DNA of 40,640 nt from Candidatus Kaiserbacteria bacterium (GCA_043771035.1 JAYVHQ010000063.1:1-40640), one strand, 5' to 3'; positions 16,466-25,295 are shown, counted from the stretch's first letter. Notes: generated from the letters alone by a model not told the origin. Made by a program: numbers and translations.

Positions 16466-18163
16466 TTATTCCTTTACTGCATTCCTTTCCGCAATCTTCT
16501 TCCTTGTCAGTTGCTGCGCGGCGTTCATACTGTGCTGATAGTAGAGGGCTTTGCAACCTTGTTTCCAGGCCTGGATGTAGAGTCGATTGATGTCTTTGAC
16601 TGGTGTGTCGGGAGCAACCATGACGTTGAGTGACTGGCCTTGGTCGATAAATTTCTGGCGATCGGCGGCTTGCTCAATCACCTTAGTCTGATCGATTTCT
16701 GCAAACGTGCGGAAAACGGCTTTTTCGTTATCGGTGAGAAAATCAAGATGCTGGACTGATCCATCAGCGTCACGGATACTATCCCACGTTTCTTTGGTAT
16801 CTTTACCCTTCTCAATCAACAGAGCCGTAAGCATGGGGTTTTTGATAACCACCTTCATCTTGGCCACGTCTTTGATGTAGCAGTTACTCCAGATTGGTTC
16901 GATTCCTTGTGATACCTGACCCAAGATAAAAGCGGATGAGGTCGTCGGAGCAATGGCCATCGTCGTAGTGTGACGACGTCCATACCCTTTCATTACCTCC
17001 GGCTCGCCGAGAGATTTTGCCATCTCAGCCGAAGCAGCAAATGAACGTTCCTGCATCATTTTGAAAACTTCCTGATTGATCACGTTCGCCTCTTCGCTTT
17101 CAAAGGCTAGGCCTTTACTCTGAAGTAATGAATGGTAACCCAAGACCCCTAAACCTAACGCCCGGTTGGCTTTAGCAAAGTTGTACGGTCGTTCCATGAA
17201 TTTAAAGGCGAGACGCTTTTCATCTTCTTCAGAATCACGCATCGCTTCAAGTTTATTTATAAAATCAGTCATCACCGCTTCAAGGAAGTACGTCATAGTT
17301 TCCACTACATCGGTATCTTTCCATGCGTCATAGTGAAGCAGGTTAATAGAGGACAAACAACACACAAATGACCAGTCTTTGCTACTGGGTAACATAATTT
17401 CACTACAGACATTACTAGCGTAAATTGGCAGCTCCTTATCCTTGTACACCTGCGGTCGAGCATTGTTGGCATTATCAATAAACATGATGTACGGATAGCC
17501 AATCTCGCCCCGACGTTGAATTATCTTAGCCCAAATTTTCCGCTTTTCCTCGTCGCCATCAATCATCGACTGCATCCAAGCATCGGTTACCGTGACGGCG
17601 TGGTTAATTTTTTGAATGGGATTACCCTCAGCCCCAATATCAAGAAACTCATTGATGTCTGGGTGCTCAGCGGGTAAGTAGGCAGCGAACACACCACGTC
17701 TGGTTGCTCCCTGACTCACTACATCAAGAATTTTTTCAAAGAGCTGCATGAAGTGCACCGGGCCTGAAGAATAGCCATTTTGCGTGATTACTGCCCCACG
17801 ACCCCGAAGAGCACCAAAATAAGCCGAACAGCCTCCGCCGTATTTACTCATCATCCCCACTTCACTTTGGGTGTGGAGAATATTTGCCATATCATCCCCC
17901 ACATACGAACCAAAACAACTAATCGGCAAGCCGCGCTTAAGTCCAAAGTTCGCCCACACTGGTGTGGCGAGCGAGATCCACCCAAGACTCATATATCGCT
18001 CAAACTTGTCAGCAAAACCAGCCTGACCCAAAGTCGCTTCAGCGAATTCAGCAATAGCACGAACTCGTTCTTCGGTCGTCTGCCCTTCCACTAAATAACC
18101 GCGAGCCATAAAGGCGCGAGTATTTTCATTCACCCAGTCCCACGGTTTATTTTCTGTAGCCAT
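16466..18163 (-). CDS. nrdA: ribonucleotide reductase class I alpha subunit, short form without ATP-cone
   Basis: 565 aa with SNVCSEIMLPS, CCLSSINL, GLGVLGYH and KALYYQ. There is no N-terminal ATP-cone, and no cysteine after the YY motif. Confidence 0.9.
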   Translation of the reverse strand: MATENKPWDWVNENTRAFMARGYLVEGQTTEERVRAIAEFAEATLGQAGFADKFERYMSLGWISLATPVWANFGLKRGLPISCFGSYVGDDMANILHTQSEVGMMSKYGGGCSAYFGALRGRGAVITQNGYSSGPVHFMQLFEKILDVVSQGATRRGVFAAYLPAEHPDINEFLDIGAEGNPIQKINHAVTVTDAWMQSMIDGDEEKRKIWAKIIQRRGEIGYPYIMFIDNANNARPQVYKDKELPIYASNVCSEIMLPSSKDWSFVCCLSSINLLHYDAWKDTDVVETMTYFLEAVMTDFINKLEAMRDSEEDEKRLAFKFMERPYNFAKANRALGLGVLGYHSLLQSKGLAFESEEANVINQEVFKMMQERSFAASAEMAKSLGEPEVMKGYGRRHTTTMAIAPTTSSAFILGQVSQGIEPIWSNCYIKDVAKMKVVIKNPMLTALLIEKGKDTKETWDSIRDADGSVQHLDFLTDNEKAVFRTFAEIDQTKVIEQAADRQKFIDQGQSLNVMVAPDTPVKDINRLYIQAWKQGCKALYYQHSMNAAQQLTRKKIAERNAVKE

Positions 18164-18216
18164 ACAATCAGTGCTTAATGCGGAATAATAAAGAGTGCGA
18201 CACTCAAACTTTTACC

Positions 18217-19530
18217 TTAAAACAAATCTTCACTCGTCACACTCGCTGAGCGTTTATTGTAGTTAATTGAACGTTTATCAAAGAAGTCAACGTGTTTGGT
18301 GGCAATAACTTCGTTATCAAACCAATCTGTCTCTTCGAGCAACACGGGGTTCACATCAAACAGTCGTTCCATTCCAATCGCTACTAGTGAATTATTAAAG
18401 CGATGCTTTACAAACTCCTTCACGTTGGCCGCTGGCAAGAAATCAAGTTCGCCCGCCTCAAAGATCCAGTCAATCACGTTACTCTCAGCGGCGTAGGCCT
18501 CCTCACACGCTGTGAGAATACGATTTTTGGCTTCGGCATCAAACCACTCTGGGTGCTCACGCTTAATAATGTTAATTACATCACTCCCAAACATTCCATG
18601 CAGATTTTCTTCTTTTGAGGTTGCTTCTACTGCGTTACTGATTCCCTTAAACAAGTTTTTATGTTTGTTAAACGACATCATAATGAGAAACTGCGAGAAC
18701 AAGGATACGTGTTCAACAAATAATGAGAACAACATCACCGCCTGAGCGTACTCTTTATTTTCACTCGTCTTGGACAAAGTCGCTACTTTATCTAAATAGT
18801 TCATCCGATCTTGAATCACGGGGATATTCTTAATTTTAGTGAACTCGTCGTTAAGTCCGAGTATTTCAAGGAGGTGTGAGTAGGCGTCAGTGTGACGAAC
18901 CTCCGATTCAGCAAATGTCGCACCCACTGCCCCAATCTCTGCTTTCGGCATTTTTTTGTAGATATCTCCCCAGAAGCCTTTGACCGCTACTTCAATTTGC
19001 GCAATCGCAAGCATCGTATTCTTGATTGCACTTCGCTCAACGTCGTTTACGTTCACGTGGAAATTTTGCACGTCACCCGTAAAGTTAAATTCGGTATGTA
19101 CCCAGTAGGAGTGACGAACGGCATCGACGTACTCGTAGAGCTCAGGGTATTCGTACGGCTTGAGATTTTGTCGTTTACGGAAGATATCTGGTTCACGCAT
19201 TTTTTTACGCGCGTTACGATAGATGATGTAGGCTTTGGCGGTCTCAAAATAGCCGAGCTCCATCAAAGACGCCTCAACCAAATCTTGGATTTCCTCGACA
19301 GTTGGGTATCCCTTGATACATTTCTGAGACTGAGGGTCGGTTGCTTCAGCAGTCCCTGCCTGGACACACATTGAAACAGTATTTTTATGAACCCGTTCGG
19401 CCACTTTTTTAGCATCAGTTTCTACCCCTTCATTTGTTTCTTTAAGAGCCATCAAAATAGCGTGCTCGATTTTAACGATATCGAAGGACTGTAGTGATCC
19501 ATCACGTTTTTTGATATTTTTGATTTCCAT
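18217..19530 (-). CDS. nrdB: ribonucleotide reductase class I beta subunit with N-terminal ATP-cone
   Basis: 437 aa. Residues 1 to about 110 (IKKRDGSLQSFDIVKIEHAI ... VEEIQDLVEASL ... AKAYIIYRNARK) match the ATP-cone. The ferritin-like core has IEVAV, ESEVRHTDAY, VEHVSLF and EENLH. The C-terminal tail is SEDLF. Confidence 0.9.
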   Translation of the reverse strand: MEIKNIKKRDGSLQSFDIVKIEHAILMALKETNEGVETDAKKVAERVHKNTVSMCVQAGTAEATDPQSQKCIKGYPTVEEIQDLVEASLMELGYFETAKAYIIYRNARKKMREPDIFRKRQNLKPYEYPELYEYVDAVRHSYWVHTEFNFTGDVQNFHVNVNDVERSAIKNTMLAIAQIEVAVKGFWGDIYKKMPKAEIGAVGATFAESEVRHTDAYSHLLEILGLNDEFTKIKNIPVIQDRMNYLDKVATLSKTSENKEYAQAVMLFSLFVEHVSLFSQFLIMMSFNKHKNLFKGISNAVEATSKEENLHGMFGSDVINIIKREHPEWFDAEAKNRILTACEEAYAAESNVIDWIFEAGELDFLPAANVKEFVKHRFNNSLVAIGMERLFDVNPVLLEETDWFDNEVIATKHVDFFDKRSINYNKRSASVTSEDLF

Positions 19531-19911
19531 ATGTCGCTAAAGTTCTGTCTATTCTAATAAATTATGTGCGCGACTACAAGGTGAGGAAAAGACTGCCCAG
19601 TTTATGAGACTGGGCTCAGGTACGCTTTTTAAAAAAGCATTACGCTGCGTGTCTTGTCCTCCGACACACATCGCGGTGGAGACGCGGTGATACCTCTATC
19701 ATAGAGTGTTTTAAGGTAATTGTAAAAAAGGGCTCTGGGTAGTAGATATGGCTCAAAGTATGGACACATGAATAATGTCAGTGCAAAAGAATGTGGATAA
19801 CTAAACAAACATTCACACTCGAAAACTTTTTTTGCTTTTGGGAAGAGGTCAATTGATATCCGCATACATTCTTAGTAAGTCAGAACCAAAAAACAATCGC
19901 CGAATTCGCTC

Positions 19912-19979
19912 TGGATTGCCGCGCTGTGGCTCGCAAAGACGTCCACTTTCGTCTTTGCGGGCCACAGCGCGGCAATCCA
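19912..19979. repeat. intergenic hairpin repeat family A, near-perfect full copy
   Basis: TGGATTGCCGCGCTGTGGCTCGCAAAGACG, then loop TCCACTTT, then CGTCTTTGCGGGCCACAGCGCGGCAATCCA. This is a 30-bp stem with one mismatch. Confidence 0.9.
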
Positions 19980-19993
19980 CACTAATAATTATA

Positions 19994-20018
19994 AAAAGAC
20001 CACGGACTGTGGTCTTTT
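19994..20018. terminator. terminator downstream of mscL
   Basis: AAAAGACCAC (19994-20003) pairs with GTGGTCTTTT (20009-20018), flanked by A- and T-runs. Confidence 0.7.
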
Positions 20019-20041
20019 TAATTTTATTTCTTATATTTGAA

Positions 20042-20425
20042 TTAGTTTCGGCGCAAACTGTCGCGGATTTCAGTCAAAAGCTTTACTTCAGCTGACGGCT
20101 CGGCCGGTGTAGCGGGTTTGGCTTCTTCTTTCTTTTGTAGTTTAGCCAAGGCCCGCACCACCATAAAGATAACAAAGGCGATAATGGTGAAATCAAAGAT
20201 ACTTTGAATAAACACACCGTAGGTAATGGTAGCGTCACCAACTTTGAGCATCCAGGTAGTAAAATCAACCCCACCTAATAAGATACCGATCGTTGGCATA
20301 ATGATATTCTCCACCAATGACGCTACGATCTTTCCAAAAGCACCTCCAATAACGACAGCTACAGCTAGATCGATCACGTTCCCCTTCATCGCAAACGCTT
20401 TGAACTCCTCGATAAAATTCTTCAT
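20042..20425 (-). CDS. mscL: large-conductance mechanosensitive channel
   Basis: 127 aa with [21 protein letters not shown] and two TM helices. Confidence 0.9.
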   Translation of the reverse strand: MKNFIEEFKAFAMKGNVIDLAVAVVIGGAFGKIVASLVENIIMPTIGILLGGVDFTTWMLKVGDATITYGVFIQSIFDFTIIAFVIFMVVRALAKLQKKEEAKPATPAEPSAEVKLLTEIRDSLRRN

Positions 20426-20475
20426 GAAAATAATTTATTTAAATACTGATAATAAATTACCATTAGTATACTCAA

Positions 20476-21636
20476 TTAATGATGGTGTCCGTGAGCACAC
20501 GTCTGAATAACTTCTTTGTCAACCGCACGGTTGCCGAAATACCAAGCCGCCACCGCGGTCGTAAATGGTACCGCCAAGATAAGTCCAATACTGCCGATAA
20601 TAATCCGCAGGATTTCAGCCGCAATAATTTCCTGATTGATAGATTGCAGGAAATCCGCATTTGCCCTGACATAAAACATAACGAGCGGCAAAGCCGTACC
20701 CAGGTATGCGAGTGCTAGCGTATTGACGAGTGACCCTACGTGATCACGCCCCACGTTAATTGCCCGCTTATATAATTCAAACCGCGAGAGCGAACTATTA
20801 GCTCCCCGTAATTCCTGTACGACTGATGCTTGCGTAATCGACACATCATCGAGTACGCCGAGGAGTCCAATGATAATACTCCCAAGAAGCAACCCGGCGA
20901 TATCAAGCGTCCCACCAGTAGAAAAATTCAGATACACCGACGCATCGGCCCCAAATCCAGTGAGCCTCAGCCAATCTACCGACAGCCACGCAATCAAACA
21001 CGTCACCCCAACCGCACTAAACGTTCCCACAAAGGCAATCACTACTCGCGGTTTAATACCGTGTGTTAAAAAGAGCGACAGCCCTAAAATAACTCCCGCT
21101 ATTAGTAGACTAACGAGAGCTGGTTCATAGCCTGCGAGTAGCGCTGGAACGAGCAGGAACAAAATTGCTAAAATACTTAACGCTAAACTGAAAAGTGCCC
21201 GCATCCCCTGCCACCCCGAAAAACCAACCACAAGCAATACCATCAGTAACCCCATAAAAAACAACTGCGGCCGGCGTTCAATATCTTTAAACGTAAAATA
21301 CTCCGTCTCGTCAATCGCCACCAATCGATTCACAAAAATCACATCCCCGACGGACAAAACCATAATGTCATTATCAAGCGCTACTACCTGACCCGTTTTT
21401 TGCCCAGCGAGCAGCTCGATGCGTAGGGTCTGCACTGTCGTTGTAGCGTCCGTTCCCATTATCTGTCTATCAGATTGCTCCACTACTTCGAGCACCTTAG
21501 CCTTTACTGTTTCCTGTAGTTCCTGATGCACCTCTTGCGCCAAAACAACACCAGCGGAACAAAAGCCGACTACTAACAGCACTCCGACTAAAATGTATTT
21601 GAAAGTTCCCACATTAAAAAATCGCCTTAGCCACAT
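20476..21636 (-). CDS. YibE/F-family integral membrane protein
   Basis: It has an N-terminal soluble domain and then about 7 TM helices, with GLLGVLDDVSITQAS typical of YibE/F. I place the start at MWLRRFF (ATG at 21636) rather than at the track start. Confidence 0.7.
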   Translation of the reverse strand: MWLRRFFNVGTFKYILVGVLLVVGFCSAGVVLAQEVHQELQETVKAKVLEVVEQSDRQIMGTDATTTVQTLRIELLAGQKTGQVVALDNDIMVLSVGDVIFVNRLVAIDETEYFTFKDIERRPQLFFMGLLMVLLVVGFSGWQGMRALFSLALSILAILFLLVPALLAGYEPALVSLLIAGVILGLSLFLTHGIKPRVVIAFVGTFSAVGVTCLIAWLSVDWLRLTGFGADASVYLNFSTGGTLDIAGLLLGSIIIGLLGVLDDVSITQASVVQELRGANSSLSRFELYKRAINVGRDHVGSLVNTLALAYLGTALPLVMFYVRANADFLQSINQEIIAAEILRIIIGSIGLILAVPFTTAVAAWYFGNRAVDKEVIQTCAHGHHH

Positions 21637-21795
21637 AAAACCCAATCCCCGCCCCCAACATAAACAAAAAGAATAGCCCAACCAAAAGTGTTTCTTGATT
21701 CATATAGTATGAGTATACAAGATTTTAAGCAGATTCATACATGTTGACGCAAAAACCATCGCTACTTCTTGGCCGCCCCGCGTAGCGCGCCATAA

Positions 21796-21827
21796 CGTCT
21801 TTGCGAGGTCGCAACCGAAGCAATCCA
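21796..21827. repeat. intergenic repeat family A, half copy (right arm type)
   Basis: CGTCTTTGCGAGGTCGCAACCGAAGCAATCCA. Its reverse complement matches the left arm of the 16329 copy at 30 of 32 positions. Confidence 0.75.
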
Positions 21828-21975
21828 GGAATAGTTTTTACTCAAAAGTGTATTACATTAAGTAAATAAGCACAGAGGCCATACCCGTACAAAGAGTTAC
21901 ATAATCACCCCTCGACTTTTCCCCCAAAAATAGGTATAACAGTGAGCACCAACGAGCAAGTCTCGCTGGAGAAAT

Positions 21976-22051
21976 GGCGGCTATGGTATAAAGGTTATTA
22001 CTGGAGTTTGTGGAACTCTCAATTCGGGTTCAATTCCCGGTAGCCGCCCCA
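21976..22051 (+). tRNA. tRNA-His (anticodon GTG) with encoded G-1 and CCA
   Basis: Folded by hand. The acceptor stem pairs GCGGCTA (21977-21983) with TAGCCGC (22041-22047). The D stem pairs GTAT with TTAC. The anticodon stem pairs GGAGT with ACTCT, and the loop is TTGTGGA. The T arm is TCGGG-TTCAATT-CCCGG. The discriminator is C73 and an extra 5' G sits at 21976, the bacterial tRNA-His hallmark. Confidence 0.85.
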
Positions 22052-22459
22052 AGTGAGAATCAGCTCAGCATATTGAGCATTACGTGTTGCAACGTCTAAG
22101 TTATTGTCCAGTTCGAGCCGTTTAAATTTGGCTTCAAGCTCTGGATAGGCTTTTTCTATTGGAACAAACCAATCATTGGGCAAAATAAAGACTTTTTTGT
22201 CTTTCATCGTAAAGTTCTGACCAAGTGCTGCAAACAGCTCTCTTTTTTGCTGAATCGTGCCGTGCATAAAAGCTTTTCGTGCATATCGTGCAAAATTGAA
22301 TGTCTTTTCAGTAAGTTCCAACCACTTCTCTGCTCGACTCTCAGTAGAGTTTAATTGTAACTTCAGTTTTGCTAACTTTGATTTTAAGCTATCGCGCTCT
22401 TTAATAAACTGGTTATCGTCGATTAGATCCCGATACCTCATTTGCGTAAGTGTATCCAA
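22019..22459 (-). CDS. C-terminal coiled-coil segment of the large serine recombinase, cut off by an in-frame TAA (possible pseudogene fragment)
   Basis: It is in the same frame as 22487-23647. The track start is a TTG. The sequence is coiled-coil-like (KSKLAKLKLQLNSTESRAEKWLEL). The last 11 codons lie inside tRNA-His. Confidence 0.5.
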   Translation of the reverse strand: MDTLTQMRYRDLIDDNQFIKERDSLKSKLAKLKLQLNSTESRAEKWLELTEKTFNFARYARKAFMHGTIQQKRELFAALGQNFTMKDKKVFILPNDWFVPIEKAYPELEAKFKRLELDNNLDVATRNAQYAELILTWGGYRELNPN

Positions 22460-22486
22460 TTGGTGTTGAGTATCATTATAGGCTTT

Positions 22487-23647
22487 TTATTGAGACTCAT
22501 AGATTTGAGTACGTTCTTTTATCTCTTTATCATTGTGTTTATTGATAATGTCTATCGCCCACTCCTGAAATTTAGGCAGTATCGTGTAGCGCTCTAGTTC
22601 TGTGTCTACTTGTTCTTCAAACTTCTCAAGCGTCAGTGGCTTTTGTTTGCATAGTCGCTTTTTACTCACCTTATCTTTTTTCTTATATGTACAGTGATAA
22701 TAAGCGTATGTCTTAAGTTCATTGGTCGTTTTAACTATCTTTTGTTTAACCGAGCAAGTGCACATAGCGTCGCATTCCCCGCAAGTGACCAATCCAGTAA
22801 AGGAAGACTCGTGGACCTGATTTCGTGGTTTACCTTCTCGACCGAGAATAACCTGGGCTTTATCAAATTCTTCTATGGAAATCATTGGTTTATGGTTTCC
22901 TGGATATACTTTTCCAGCCCAGGTAAACATCCCCGCATAAAATTGATTGGTAAAGATTCGGTAGAGCGAACTGAGCCCTACGGGTCTGCCTCCAGACCGT
23001 TTAGTTTTTGGGGTTCTAAAACCCCATTCATCATTAGCAATTCTGTATATTTGAGTGACCGTATAATTATTGGTCAAAAGCATACTCCACATTTTTCTAA
23101 CCATTTCCCATCTTTCTTCATCTGGATATATTTCGTTGGTTAGCAAGTCATTAAAATATCCCATCGGCGCGCGTGAAGGAAGCCAACCCTTGTCTGCTTT
23201 ACTCTGCATACCTCGGCGACTTACTACACTCAAGTCTCTGATAAATTGATTTGCCATCGCTCCCTCGACACTTAAAAGTAAAACATTGTCTTCAGGGAGA
23301 TATGTTCGGTCCATTGTTTGAATCATTTTGATAATCCCCTTTTGTAGCATCCAGCCGATCTTTCCTGTATCAATTGGATTTCGAGACAATCGGTTGATAT
23401 GCCAGCAAAGTATCCCATCTGCCTCACCCGCCTCAATCCGTTCTAACATTTCAGTAAAGACTGGGCGAATATAAGGCATCTTGGATGATTTCGATTCATG
23501 AAAAATCTTAACGATTTTAATACCATGCCGCTCTGCAACTGGTCTAAGATTACTAATCTGGTCTTCAATTGACTGAGCTTGCTTGTCTGAGCTTTCATCA
23601 GAAGAACGTCGTGCGTAAAGAAATAGTCTAGGTTTTGTTTCTTTCAT
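22487..23647 (-). CDS. large serine recombinase (resolvase catalytic domain, recombinase domain and zinc ribbon)
   Basis: 386 aa with LYARRSSDESSDKQAQSIEDQ (catalytic Ser region), HINRLSRN and the Cys-rich ribbon CGECDAMCTC...YYHCTY. Confidence 0.85.
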   Translation of the reverse strand: MKETKPRLFLYARRSSDESSDKQAQSIEDQISNLRPVAERHGIKIVKIFHESKSSKMPYIRPVFTEMLERIEAGEADGILCWHINRLSRNPIDTGKIGWMLQKGIIKMIQTMDRTYLPEDNVLLLSVEGAMANQFIRDLSVVSRRGMQSKADKGWLPSRAPMGYFNDLLTNEIYPDEERWEMVRKMWSMLLTNNYTVTQIYRIANDEWGFRTPKTKRSGGRPVGLSSLYRIFTNQFYAGMFTWAGKVYPGNHKPMISIEEFDKAQVILGREGKPRNQVHESSFTGLVTCGECDAMCTCSVKQKIVKTTNELKTYAYYHCTYKKKDKVSKKRLCKQKPLTLEKFEEQVDTELERYTILPKFQEWAIDIINKHNDKEIKERTQIYESQ

Positions 23648-23694
23648 AATTTTGATACTACCCTTATAGCAGTAATTTTGTTACTAGGTAGGAG

Positions 23695-23901
23695 TTAAAT
23701 TCTTTTAATTAAGTTTTCTTTAGTTGATATTCGGTGCTTTTCAATCCTGTCAGATTCTTCTTTAGTCATTGGCTTATAAACGTTCGACATCAAAGTAACT
23801 AGCTTGAGACCTTGCTCAGCTGCTTCTTCTTTTGATATTTCATTTCCAAACGCTTCTTTATAAAGAATTTGAAAATTTATAATGTCTTGGTTTGTAAGCA
23901 T
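23695..23901 (-). CDS. small hypothetical protein next to the recombinase
   Basis: 68-aa ORF with no motif, in the same orientation as and 47 nt upstream of the recombinase gene. Confidence 0.35.
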   Translation of the reverse strand: MLTNQDIINFQILYKEAFGNEISKEEAAEQGLKLVTLMSNVYKPMTKEESDRIEKHRISTKENLIKRI

Positions 23902-24187
23902 GAATTTAATAATTTGGTACAGCCCCGCTTTTACCTTTTAGATAACTAGGATATTTGAGAGGTTATATGTGAGAGAAGAATTGAGGCGATTGAAGTTTAC
24001 TTACCTTAAAAAGAAACGACTCGCCCTTGAAACACTTCCGACTCTCTTCAGAGGACAGGGACAGAGCGGTAAACTGTTTTTCCCTGTTTTCGCAAGAAAA
24101 CCTGAAGCGTTTCTTAAGTTTGGTTTGATAAAAGAGATTGTTGTTAAACCAGTCATCCCTTAAAGCTGGATCTTCTTCTCTGTTGAA

Positions 24188-24236
24188 GCACAAAAGCGAT
24201 ACGCCGACCTAGAGCTTCGGCGTATCGCTTTTGTGC
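24188..24236. repeat. 20-bp perfect inverted repeat (hairpin or protein-binding palindrome)
   Basis: GCACAAAAGCGATACGCCGA (24188-24207) pairs with TCGGCGTATCGCTTTTGTGC (24217-24236), with a 9-nt loop and no flanking T-run. Confidence 0.7.
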
Positions 24237-24272
24237 TCTAGGCGTATGCAGTTGTGCCCAGAGACTACCAAT

Positions 24273-24298
24273 GAAAAAGCCCTCCGTAATGAGGGCTT
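24273..24298 (-). terminator. rho-independent terminator of the 24320-25027 gene
   Basis: AAGCCCTC (24277-24284) pairs with GAGGGCTT (24291-24298). On the minus strand the hairpin is followed by TTTTTC. Confidence 0.6.
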
Positions 24299-24319
24299 AA
24301 TGCGGGACGATTGCAGGAA

Positions 24320-25027
24320 TTAATCAATTACAATTTGAAAGTATCTATCGTTAAAAAAATAACCTGATTTGTTAATGTTAATGATTAATGAAGCATCGAG
24401 CTGAGAGGACTTTTTAAAAGCGACATTTATGTCACTAATTGCGCCAGTAATATCTTGTGCAGAAAGTTTTCTTTTGTAGACAATGTTTTTAATTATCGCC
24501 CCAGAACTCAATGGCTTCATCCGATAATTTTCATAGAGCAGCTGAGCTACTAACTTAGGCAAGCTACGTCCCGAAAGTTGATATAAAACGTCATGAGGAC
24601 GACCCTCTAAGTAAAACTCATGATTTTTTCCTAAATGTAATATAGGGCGTATAAACTTTTCTTTTAATGAATCTGTAAATAGTCCAAGTAATTCTCTGAC
24701 TGGCAAAGAATAAGCGTTATAGAGCAAACCATCTTTAATATATGGCTTTCCGATCGTGAACTGTTGGAATGAGCTGATTTGAATCGCCGATATCTCTTTA
24801 AAGTCTCTGTATATCCTCGCAGCCTCACTTACCGCTTGAACCAAGACATTTTCATTAAAAGTTGAGCTAACTAAAGTACTGACAGGAATTTCTTCCAGCG
24901 CATTCCCAAATTCATCAGTACCAGAAAAGGTATGTACTCGCACAAAATACTCATGCATGACCTCCTTTTTAAAAGGGGTCATTGCAGATATGTACTCTAA
25001 TAAATCAGCCTGGAGCTCTAGTTCCAT
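24320..25027 (-). CDS. hypothetical protein with C-terminal OmpR/PhoB-type winged-helix-like domain
   Basis: 235 aa. The C-terminus YQLSGRSLPKLVAQLLYENYRMKPLSSGAIIKNIVYKRK...ITGAISDINVAFKKSS...LIININKSGYFFN follows the trans_reg_C pattern (L..LL..L......s...i...vw...,I..lR.K,..GY.f). I recognise nothing in the N-terminal ~140 aa. Confidence 0.5.
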   Translation of the reverse strand: MELELQADLLEYISAMTPFKKEVMHEYFVRVHTFSGTDEFGNALEEIPVSTLVSSTFNENVLVQAVSEAARIYRDFKEISAIQISSFQQFTIGKPYIKDGLLYNAYSLPVRELLGLFTDSLKEKFIRPILHLGKNHEFYLEGRPHDVLYQLSGRSLPKLVAQLLYENYRMKPLSSGAIIKNIVYKRKLSAQDITGAISDINVAFKKSSQLDASLIININKSGYFFNDRYFQIVID

Positions 25028-25151
25028 ATTACTGATTATAACTATTACTTTGTAATTAGCACGTCCTTTAGCAAAAAGCTCGCAGTTTTACTGACCCAAT
25101 TTATGTTATTTCTTCTATTTAAAGCAGAAGAAATTGGAGGAAAGCTTTTAA

Positions 25152-25295
25152 AGACTTTTCCCCTTTAGAAACATCTGTTTTTTAGCGGAAAAGTCTGATG
25201 CATTTTTTTAAATAGCTATATTTATCAATCTATAATTGGTATTTTAAAAATGACTTTTATGCTATCGAAACCTTCGTTTTTTAGGGGAAAAGTCT
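25152..25295. promoter_or_regulatory. three copies of a 13-mer AG[C/G]GGAAAAGTCT (one inverted) in the promoter region of the winged-helix gene
   Basis: AGACTTTTCCCCT (25152-25164) is the inverted copy. AGCGGAAAAGTCT (25184-25196) and AGGGGAAAAGTCT (25283-25295) are direct copies, each preceded by TTTTTT. Confidence 0.4.

Noticed and set aside
16302-16556. 84-aa ORF, together with the similar ORFs 1682-1921, 1603-1803 and 19832-20095
   Set aside because: They are translations of the family A hairpin repeats (SSLRGLNRSNP, SSLRAAARQST). They lie in intergenic or terminator regions, or overlap the nrdA 3' end, and are almost certainly not genes.
19531-19911. NrdR box or riboswitch in the 380-nt region upstream of nrdB
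   Set aside because: I saw several short hairpins (GCCCAGT/ACTGGGC at 19594-19614) and the palindrome CTCTAT-C-ATAGAG at 19694-19706. I could not match the NrdR-box consensus or any riboswitch core by eye. The 13-mer TATGATAGAGGTA, shared with 16233-16250, looks like a promoter -10 region.
22487-22489. The in-frame TAA in the recombinase as evidence of stop-codon reassignment
   Set aside because: TAA, TAG and TGA each terminate well-conserved genes at the expected lengths in this window. TAA ends the methyltransferase, rplK and secE. TAG ends glyA and fic. TGA ends gajA. Standard code 11 therefore applies.
23963-24193. 76-aa and 64-aa overlapping ORFs in the gap between the recombinase module and the winged-helix gene
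   Set aside because: They are mutually antisense and low in complexity, and one runs into the 20-bp palindrome. Nothing supports them as coding.
25152-25295. Repeated 13-mers considered as a possible mini CRISPR array
   Set aside because: There are only three copies, one of them inverted. They are 13 nt long with irregular spacing (19 and 86 nt). No cas genes are present. They are better explained as operator sites.
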